From: an uncultured Candidatus Poseidoniales archaeon
GTDB taxonomy: Archaea > Thermoplasmatota > Poseidoniia > Poseidoniales > Poseidoniaceae
Direction of reading: 5' to 3'
Length of the DNA: 64,000 nt
Assembly (NCBI GenBank): GCA_902605365.1
Contig: CACLCM010000001.1
Coordinates: forward strand, 6,762 to 70,761
In this document: positions 30,356 to 37,546 of the stretch, one piece after another
How positions within the stretch are numbered: the first letter of the stretch is position 1
Layout of the letters: every line of letters starts with the position of its first letter
Program-made: the position numbers and the translations under genes
The notes under the pieces: model-generated
What the model was told of the DNA's origin: nothing
Databases searched by the model: none
What the model saw: only the letters and a program-made list of their open reading frames with translations

Positions 30356-30400
30356 ACGGGTGGCGTTAGCAGCGATTCAGTGATACTACTTTGAATCGTA

Positions 30401-30440
30401 AAATAAAATGAGAATGGGTTTTATGACCCTCTCTATTTTT
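30401..30440. terminator. Imperfect hairpin between convergent dusB and orphan gene
   Basis: AAAATGAGAATGGGT-TTTATG-ACCCTCTCTATTTT with A/T-rich tails on both sides. Confidence 0.4.
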
Positions 30441-30739
30441 CATTTGTCTGCTATATTTTTCTCAAAATCGGTTTTTCCAAATCCATCTGGAATACCCCAC
30501 TTTTTGATATAAAATTCAATTGGAACAGCTCCATTTCCTCTGTCGACACCGTAATTTTCATCATAGATGTCCTCCACTATAGGCGCTGGACCATCGTATG
30601 ACAAGTACCAATTCTCAGCGACACCAGGACCACTCTCTGTGTCATCTGGACCAATCCAATTTTCATCCCTCTGTTTCATATTTGTTGTAGCAGTATTGCC
30701 AAAAATTTTGGAAATGAAATTCATTAGCCAGGCGAACAT
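30440..30739 (-). CDS. Small orphan protein (island gene 1)
   Basis: ATG at 30739 (MFAWLMNFISKIFG...) has TATAAA ~25 nt upstream; AT-rich. The longer ORF start at 30820 falls inside the repeat. Confidence 0.6.
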   Translation of the reverse strand: MFAWLMNFISKIFGNTATTNMKQRDENWIGPDDTESGPGVAENWYLSYDGPAPIVEDIYDENYGVDRGNGAVPIEFYIKKWGIPDGFGKTDFEKNIADK

Positions 30740-30812
30740 AATTCCCCCACACATACTCGATTTATAGACAATATGCAATTTCGAATCATAGGGAGAACTT
30801 GTGAATGCCCCC

Positions 30813-30908
30813 GTTTGCATGGGTAGCGTCTAAAATGACCCACGCAAAGCCCATTCAAACAACAATCACATTCGGAAGGGTATTCGGATAGGCCCTTGCG
30901 AATTATCC
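30813..30908 (+). repeat. Left copy of a 96-bp inverted repeat, built from six 11-bp motif units
   Basis: Ungapped reverse-complement match to 32344-32439 at 84/96 nt by manual count, with 45 bp perfect (30817-30861). Confidence 0.95.
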
Positions 30909-31091
30909 ATATTTGATTATTTGATACTCAATTTCTTTTCTAAACACTACCCTGGTGTATGCCCTTGTACACATGGGTGTCCCATTAACACTCTATCACG
31001 TATGCAGGCACAAGGGCCACTCTATGATATCGACAGAATTCTTTAGGATGGATGATAAATGAATTAAAAAAAGTCCCCCTCATCTACATAC

Positions 31092-31685
31092 ATGGACTCA
31101 GGCCTAGGAGACGACGAAGTCGTTCCTTCGAAACTCGACAAGGATTTCACAACGGAACCCGTCTCGGTAATAGGCCTCATCGCTTTTTCCTTTTTTGTAG
31201 TACCAGGAGCGTTTATTTTCGGAGGGGTGGGGGTCTGGTTACTGTTCTTCTCGATAATGAATCCATATCACGAAGACGGGGGACTAGTGGGGTTTGTATG
31301 TATGGGGATTCCCCTTACATTAGTTGGATTGTTTTGCTTCTTATTATGGTGGGCTGGCGTAATCAAGGAACGCCTGCGCATACAGCACAGCAGGGATCGA
31401 CTGGTCTACCAGGCTACGCTTCTCGGGCTCGGGCTCCCTCCGCTTAGGGGACTCGGTTTACTCTCCGAGAAGAGGCGCCTCTCAGAAGCAGTTTACCTCG
31501 AGACCGACAAAGATGGGGACGATGCAATGATCCACGGCCGCTCGAGCGAGGGGGTGGAATGGGAGCTTGATATCGATTCTGTGGTTTCCGAATTGGCGGA
31601 AGCCGAGAATCCATACAACCCACCACGCCAAAAAAAGGCGAGAGATATAGCGGAATCAATTGGCATTGAGTTCCGAATGGAGTGA
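31092..31685 (+). CDS. Orphan membrane protein (island gene 2), GC-richer than neighbours
   Basis: 197-aa ORF with two TM helices; TTAAAAA box ~25 nt upstream. Confidence 0.65.
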   Translation: MDSGLGDDEVVPSKLDKDFTTEPVSVIGLIAFSFFVVPGAFIFGGVGVWLLFFSIMNPYHEDGGLVGFVCMGIPLTLVGLFCFLLWWAGVIKERLRIQHSRDRLVYQATLLGLGLPPLRGLGLLSEKRRLSEAVYLETDKDGDDAMIHGRSSEGVEWELDIDSVVSELAEAENPYNPPRQKKARDIAESIGIEFRME

Positions 31686-31762
31686 CGTAATACCCTAAAG
31701 TGAATATCAACAGTATCATTGGGATATACATTGGTAGATGTTGAAGACCATCTAGTCTGATA

Positions 31763-31845
31763 TTCGGATGGGTCCCCCTTCCAAACACCCTCATTCGAGA
31801 GGGTACCCATGCAAACGGGGGTATTGGCATGGGTTTCGAAAGGGC
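31763..31845. repeat. Central cluster of six 11-bp motif units, including two 11-8-11 palindromes
   Basis: CCCCTTCCAAA-8nt-TTCGAGAGGGT and ACCCATGCAAA-8nt-TTGGCATGGGT. 31804-31825 matches the reverse complement of 30804-30825 at 21/22. Confidence 0.88.
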
Positions 31846-31880
31846 CGTCATATTGAGGCTTGTAATCGTCGCAATTTTGG

Positions 31881-32285
31881 TTAGCGCGACGCTTCGTAAT
31901 CAATTATGCATGGGGATTCATGAATGTACACTACCTCTTGTTCTCGGGTTTTTGCCTCACAAGAAATGCATACTGGAATTGCAGTAATTATCTCATCGTA
32001 AGTCGTGATTCTATCGTCATCATGTACAGAAAATGTGTCGTCTTCAGTATTCAAATCAGTAATTTCACATGTAACCATAATTGACTTTTTTGAATAATTT
32101 GAGCAGTCAAAAATAGAGCAGGGGAAATTATAATCCTCATGTGCTTGACTGATTGCGTGAATCCATGTCATAGAGTATGAGCGCCTACCGTATTTCTTGC
32201 GTGGAGATGAAGTAGATATGTCAGAAATAATTAATCTTTCATACTCGCCCTCATCGAGGATATATGGTGCTAAATCAATTGCCAT
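31881..32285 (-). CDS. Orphan protein with CxxxxC...CxxC, possible Zn-binding (island gene 3)
   Basis: 134-aa AT-rich ORF; TTATAT box ~25 nt upstream of the ATG. Confidence 0.6.
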   Translation of the reverse strand: MAIDLAPYILDEGEYERLIISDISTSSPRKKYGRRSYSMTWIHAISQAHEDYNFPCSIFDCSNYSKKSIMVTCEITDLNTEDDTFSVHDDDRITTYDEIITAIPVCISCEAKTREQEVVYIHESPCIIDYEASR

Positions 32286-32343
32286 GTGATTACTAAGTTA
32301 GTTGAACATATAATACTAGTCAAAAGTATCAACATATTCATTC

Positions 32344-32439
32344 GGATACTTTACAAGAGGTTATCCGATTACCCATTCGAATGTAATTGATGTTTGAATG
32401 GGCTTTGCGTGGGTCATTTTAGACGCTACCCATGCGAAC
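32344..32439 (-). repeat. Right copy of the 96-bp inverted repeat
   Basis: Reverse complement of 30813-30908. Confidence 0.95.
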
Positions 32440-32462
32440 ACCTGTGATACGAGTCCAGAAAT

Positions 32463-35084
32463 CTATTCTAGTAATCTTCTAGTCTCATCTGGGTCGATGA
32501 AGATAGCACCTATGATCACCACAGTTTCCAATACTGCAGAGATAAGGAATAGTGTTGGATAATCAAATCTGCTTGCAAGAGGGTCAGTCAATTGGTAGCC
32601 AATAACCGCTGACAAATTCATCATAGCCATGTAGGCAGTAAATTGCGTTCCACCAACTTCGCCCCAGGTAATCCTCATCATCAATGAATATACGTTGATT
32701 GCAACCATTGCCCAAAGCAATGTGTGAATCGACCATATAGACATCATGAACAAACTACTACTCCAAAGTGACTCGCTCATTCCCCAAAATGCAGTGGCAA
32801 GTGCAGCCCCAAGCGCGGAATAAATCATCACTGATTTGCCGCCAAACTTTCTCCCAAGCTGACCTCCTACAATGTATCCAATCATAGTTACAACAAGTAT
32901 TACTCCACCCTTCGTGGCATTGAATTTTTCTTGAGACCAACTCAATTCTGCCAAGAACAATAATGGTAGAACTGGCACGAGGAAGAATGAGAGAGATATC
33001 ACCAAACTAAGGGCGATTCCTAACTGGGTTGAGCGAAGTGAAAATGCAGTTTTTACATTTGACAATATTTCTTTGAAAGTACGTTCCTCTTCTTCTGCCT
33101 TAGTCCCATCTGGGTATGTGATTTCTATCGTAATCTCCTCATCCCAAGGGAATAATTTCTCTCCGGGCCTCTCTCTCATCAATAATGGGACCAGCATGAT
33201 GACTAGGAGGATTGGAATCTGGAGTAATATTGCACCAGTGATTCCGATTTTACCTATGATTGTCCCTAGTCCCGCTCCACCGATTATTCCTCCAACGGTT
33301 TTGGATGTGAACATGTAGCTGTTGACCTTCTCCATTTCATGCGGCTTTAGTATGTCAACCGCAAGAGCATCTGTGCTGACATCTTGTAGAGAGGTGAATA
33401 TATTGTAGACCAAAAACATCGTCGCAACCAACTGAACATTGCTTGCCGGATTAGGAATGAATAACATCGAAGATAGTATCAAGACCATTCCTGTTTGTGC
33501 GATTAAAATCCAAGGTCTTCTTCTTCCGAACTGGCGGTATTGGAAGCGATCTATTACCGGGCCCCATAGGAATTTCAGTGACCAAGGTAAAGTTCCTAGA
33601 GTTAGTAAAAATGCTAACTCCTTTGCTGCAACTCCCTCTACTGCGAGGAATGTTACGAAAGTTACAGTGATGAATCCCCAAGGTATTCCTTGGGCGACAT
33701 ACAGAGCGCATAGAGTCAGTACTCTTGCCCGATAATTATCTATCAACGTTTTACCTTCAGAATCGGATTCTTTAGGTCCTGAAATTTCAGAATCATCTTC
33801 CAAAATCATTCCTAATTGGAATTGGTCTCTTCTTATAGTAATGAATCCTACAACTGCAAACATTCCTAAGAACCAAGGCGAGAACAGTATTCCCGAAATA
33901 CTACCAGTGCCAACCGACATAGAAGATGCCGAATCTTCTTCGCTAGTCATATCCGATTCATTGGAATTCCAATCTAGCCATGCTAGAGTTGCAACGACAT
34001 CTAAGCCAGTTTGTAGACCAGATTCCAAATTATTTCGTCCTCCTGCAAGAGTATTAATTACTGCAACATTATCGCTTTGTGAGTGTTTTGGAGTTTGTTC
34101 ACAAGAATCACCTTCTTCGAAAATATACTGATGCTGACCCCTTAACCAAGTGGCAGTATGGTTGTTCATTATGAAATTGAAATGGTCGGAGTTTCCTTTG
34201 GTATCATCGATAACACGAACCCATTCATCAGGATGAGATAGGTCCGAATTAATTTGTTTGAGATGGTTTTGAAACCATTCAGCATTCGAACGCATTTCAT
34301 CTGTAACCTCTAATCCATTATTCTCATAATATGACCAATCTGAAACAGGAGATGTGAACATGTAAAGCGTCCAATAATCCTCATCACAGCCCGATAATTG
34401 ACTTGCTAATGGTGTAGGGACTGGCCAATTAAGTCCGAACATATCGAGATTGACATAGGTGACATTAACATCATCAGGAATCTGTTCGGTAACGAAATGA
34501 AGACTACCCATCCCTCCTCCTTCAGAAGATGATGACCCCTGCCATTCCTCATAGTCCCACCATGCTAATTTCCACGTGTGTGAAGGAGTTTGGTTCCATT
34601 CCGAAAAAGTTCTCGCCAATTCCAGTAGTGATCCACTTCCTGTACCGTCATCATAAGCTCCTGAATTTGTACAACCAGTATATGTCTGTCCGATTAGAGG
34701 CGGAGGAGAATAGCAAATCGCATCATGATGGGCACCTACAACAATCCAATCATCCTCTTGAGTTCCATTGATGGTTACAACCAAATTTTCACAGTTATTA
34801 CATTCTTGAGTTTGGAAAGGTTGCCTTTCAACATAATATCCCATCCCCTCTAACTCTTCAGCAATCCAGTCTCTTGCGTCAAAGTTAGCCTGAGTGTCAA
34901 TCTTTCTGTAACCGAAGTCTGCCATCGCCACCATGTTGTCATACGCAGCACTCCCTTCAGGCCAAGCAGGAGGAACTTCATCGGCTTGTGCTTTGACATC
35001 ATTTGGATATGCAAGTGCGCTTGAAAGTGATACTTGAACTACCAATAGGCCCAGAAGGATTGCGAAAACCAACCTCCTGTGCAT
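32463..35084 (-). CDS. M28 metallopeptidase fused to an AmpG-like MFS transporter
   Basis: Signal peptide; GAHHD, GAYDDGTG, DYEE, NLDM and SDH (M28); then 'LYVAQGIP', 'LKFLWGPVIDR...GRRRPWI' and 'SLQDVSTDALAV' (AmpG/acetyl-CoA transporter family). Confidence 0.85.
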   Translation of the reverse strand: MHRRLVFAILLGLLVVQVSLSSALAYPNDVKAQADEVPPAWPEGSAAYDNMVAMADFGYRKIDTQANFDARDWIAEELEGMGYYVERQPFQTQECNNCENLVVTINGTQEDDWIVVGAHHDAICYSPPPLIGQTYTGCTNSGAYDDGTGSGSLLELARTFSEWNQTPSHTWKLAWWDYEEWQGSSSSEGGGMGSLHFVTEQIPDDVNVTYVNLDMFGLNWPVPTPLASQLSGCDEDYWTLYMFTSPVSDWSYYENNGLEVTDEMRSNAEWFQNHLKQINSDLSHPDEWVRVIDDTKGNSDHFNFIMNNHTATWLRGQHQYIFEEGDSCEQTPKHSQSDNVAVINTLAGGRNNLESGLQTGLDVVATLAWLDWNSNESDMTSEEDSASSMSVGTGSISGILFSPWFLGMFAVVGFITIRRDQFQLGMILEDDSEISGPKESDSEGKTLIDNYRARVLTLCALYVAQGIPWGFITVTFVTFLAVEGVAAKELAFLLTLGTLPWSLKFLWGPVIDRFQYRQFGRRRPWILIAQTGMVLILSSMLFIPNPASNVQLVATMFLVYNIFTSLQDVSTDALAVDILKPHEMEKVNSYMFTSKTVGGIIGGAGLGTIIGKIGITGAILLQIPILLVIMLVPLLMRERPGEKLFPWDEEITIEITYPDGTKAEEEERTFKEILSNVKTAFSLRSTQLGIALSLVISLSFFLVPVLPLLFLAELSWSQEKFNATKGGVILVVTMIGYIVGGQLGRKFGGKSVMIYSALGAALATAFWGMSESLWSSSLFMMSIWSIHTLLWAMVAINVYSLMMRITWGEVGGTQFTAYMAMMNLSAVIGYQLTDPLASRFDYPTLFLISAVLETVVIIGAIFIDPDETRRLLE

Positions 35085-35155
35085 GCTTAGCGGTAATCGC
35101 TAGGAGTGATAAGGTCTGCGAGAGGGCTCTGTAATCCCTCAAAAATCAATTCAAT

Positions 35156-36346
35156 TCAGACATCAGTCTCGCCAGTTTCAGGGTTTGAAACAGGTGGTAA
35201 GTCTAGAATTGCTCTTTTGACATTAGCGCGCAATAGAGACAAATCTCCGTAACATATCAGAGAATCTCCGAATCTTAGATTCATATCTGGTTCTGGATTC
35301 CAAATCAGGTCACCTTCTCGGGATAATGCGAATACAGGCATTTCTCCCTTGAATATCTCACTAATTGGTAAACCGATTAAGTGTGGATGATTACGCATAT
35401 GAACCGATAGAACACCTTGGCCAGGAATAGTTCTCAATAACTGGTCAACGTTGACTTCATTAAAATCAGATTCCGACATTACATATTCAATAATCGCCGC
35501 TGCTACATTTACGCCACTTGCTTTCTCGATACCTTCTAGGCCAGGTGATGAATTTACTTCCAAAACTAGAGGCCCATTATTGCCCTCAAGAAGGTCAACT
35601 CCTGCGACATTCAGGCCGAGAACTCTAGCTGCTCTGCAAGCGACTTCAGCGTACTCATCACTAATCTCAACACCTTCTACAGTCCCGTTTAGATGGTAAT
35701 TAGAACGGAATTCTCTTCCACGAGCCTTTCGCCTCATACATGCTACAACTTTGCCGCCAACAACCAGGGCGCGAATGTCTTTGCCGTGACTTTCTGCAAT
35801 ATATTCCTGAATCAAAACCGCTTTACCAGTTACGAGTAACCCTTGAACTAGATTGCGAGTCTCATGCAGAGTGTGTCTAAGGAAAACACCTTGTCCTTGA
35901 GTACCTTGAGTGACTTTGACCACAGCAGGCAATCCGCCAACCGCTTCGATTGCACGTTCGATATCTTTCATATCTCTGACATATGCAGTTCTAGGGGTTG
36001 GGATTCTGTTTCTTGCAAGAATCTGCGAAGAGTGTAATTTATCTCGACTTTGAAGGATTCCTTGACTAGTATTTGCAGTCCAGACATCTAACTGTTCAAG
36101 GTGCCTTAGAACTGATACTCCGTGCTTTGTTATCGAATGGCCAATTCTAGGAATTACCGCGTCATAATCGAATTTTTGTCCTTGGTGAAGGATACCAATA
36201 TCCTGTTCAGCCACGAATAACGAAAACTGCATAGGGTCAAGAACTGCAACATCCAAGTCTCGCAGTCTCGCTTCTTCAACTAAACGACGTGTACTATACA
36301 ATCGCGGCCCCCGCGAAAGAACAGCCAACCTTGTCGTCATGGTCAT
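35156..36346 (-). CDS. rimK: RimK-family ATP-grasp ligase with C-terminal TrkA-C (RCK_C)-like domain
   Basis: LYSTRRLVE, DAVIPRIG, SRDKL, QEYIAE, FRSNYHLNG and EVNSSPGLEGIE; C-terminal 'LIGLPISE...REGDLIWNP...LRFGDSL'. Confidence 0.88.
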   Translation of the reverse strand: MTMTTRLAVLSRGPRLYSTRRLVEEARLRDLDVAVLDPMQFSLFVAEQDIGILHQGQKFDYDAVIPRIGHSITKHGVSVLRHLEQLDVWTANTSQGILQSRDKLHSSQILARNRIPTPRTAYVRDMKDIERAIEAVGGLPAVVKVTQGTQGQGVFLRHTLHETRNLVQGLLVTGKAVLIQEYIAESHGKDIRALVVGGKVVACMRRKARGREFRSNYHLNGTVEGVEISDEYAEVACRAARVLGLNVAGVDLLEGNNGPLVLEVNSSPGLEGIEKASGVNVAAAIIEYVMSESDFNEVNVDQLLRTIPGQGVLSVHMRNHPHLIGLPISEIFKGEMPVFALSREGDLIWNPEPDMNLRFGDSLICYGDLSLLRANVKRAILDLPPVSNPETGETDV

Positions 36347-36428
36347 CGAGGCAACCCCTACCTTTTTCAGTCCTTTGCCAACATTAAACAATCGTTCAAT
36401 TCAAGTTCTGATTGGCGATGGGACGGAC

Positions 36429-37481
36429 ATGAGCGAAGAAATTTCTGAAGAACCTACGGTTGATTCCGAAGAAGAAGAAGCTCCTGAACTCACCATCGAA
36501 GAACATCAAGAGGCACTCAAAAAATCACGCTGGAATGTCTTCATGTACCTCGGTTTAGCAGTTGTTTTATTCGGGTTTGCTTTATTCCCATTCATGAGTT
36601 TGACTCTATCTGTCGATGAAGGAATTGGCTCTATCGATACAACAGTAGATGTTATCGGATTATCACCGGGTGGTGAAGATTTCACCGATATCCCTGTGGA
36701 AATGGAAATAGTCGTTCAGTCTTTGCCTACCGATGTACAGAGTATCGAGGTATTCATGATCAAGAATGCTGAAGGCTGTGAAGCTACAGATGGTTCAGTA
36801 GAAAAAACTCGAAATCTTCTGCAACAAGGGAATTCTGAACATCCCAATAGTTATCTTCTCATCAACGACCCGGTTGAGTCACAAACATATGATGTTGAAT
36901 TCTCTGTTGACCCTGGTAAATATTGTATCCAGATTGTAGTAGATACTCAGAGTCAAAACTTCCAAGGAATAAATGTTGAATCAGAAATTGATATTTATCC
37001 AGCGCAGTTCCCTCTAGCAACAATTGGAGTGATTTGCCTTCTTCTTTCAGCATTCGCATTTATTGGAGCGCAAAAGCATGGCAAATTTGTGAAAGGTTTG
37101 GTTGAACCAAAGAGCGAGATTAGTGTTGAGGACGCAGTATTGGCTCAAACAACTTCGACTCGTATTACAGCAGGCCCAAGTGGTCCGCCAACTGGGCCTA
37201 CTGGACCTCCGGCCGCAGGACCTACTGGACCTCCCGCAGCAGGCCCTACTGGGCCACCAGCTGCGGGCCCTAGCGGAGCGCCAGAGGTTGCTAGCCCAGT
37301 AGTCCAAGAAGTTGTAGAAACTCCTGTTGTGGTTGAAGAACAAGTAGAAGCGGTTGCAGATGTTTACGAAGACCAAGGAGATGGCTGGTTCTTCCGCAGA
37401 TTACCTGATGGCTCTTACGACCAAACGGTATATGTTGTCGAAGATGGTCAATATGTTCCGTATGTCGAGCCTGAGGCCTGA
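36429..37481 (+). CDS. Two-TM membrane protein with a Pro-rich repeat tail
   Basis: Two TM helices around an extracellular domain; (GPTGPPAA)n repeat; aromatic C-terminal mini-domain. Confidence 0.7.
   Translation: MSEEISEEPTVDSEEEEAPELTIEEHQEALKKSRWNVFMYLGLAVVLFGFALFPFMSLTLSVDEGIGSIDTTVDVIGLSPGGEDFTDIPVEMEIVVQSLPTDVQSIEVFMIKNAEGCEATDGSVEKTRNLLQQGNSEHPNSYLLINDPVESQTYDVEFSVDPGKYCIQIVVDTQSQNFQGINVESEIDIYPAQFPLATIGVICLLLSAFAFIGAQKHGKFVKGLVEPKSEISVEDAVLAQTTSTRITAGPSGPPTGPTGPPAAGPTGPPAAGPTGPPAAGPSGAPEVASPVVQEVVETPVVVEEQVEAVADVYEDQGDGWFFRRLPDGSYDQTVYVVEDGQYVPYVEPEA
37170..37277 (+). repeat. Degenerate 24-bp coding tandem repeat (GPTGPPAA)
   Basis: About four units such as GCAGGACCTACTGGACCTCCCGCA, diverged at synonymous sites. 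Confidence 0.8.
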
Positions 37482-37546
37482 TATGGCCCTGTAAGGGCCA
37501 CAACTATACCCATCTTTGAAAGAGGGTGAAGTCTCCGTCTTTATTG

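Noticed and set aside
31444..31903. Two minus-strand ORFs crossing the central repeat cluster, and the + ORF at 31052-31447
   Set aside because: They overlap the better-supported 31092-31685 gene and the repeat cluster, and have no promoter or protein-like features.
30813..32439. CRISPR array linked to the Cas4-like gene
   Set aside because: The repeats are inverted, 11-bp and irregularly spaced. There is no direct repeat-spacer periodicity and no cas1/cas2.
30813..32439. Classical integron attC sites or ORB-type replication origin
   Set aside because: No RYYYAAC...GTTRRRY ends and no intI. No TTCCAGTGGAAAC-like ORB and no adjacent cdc6/orc1. A non-canonical origin is not excluded.
37170..37277. 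Collagen-like domain
   Set aside because: The period is 8 aa (GPTGPPAA), which breaks the Gly-X-Y register.
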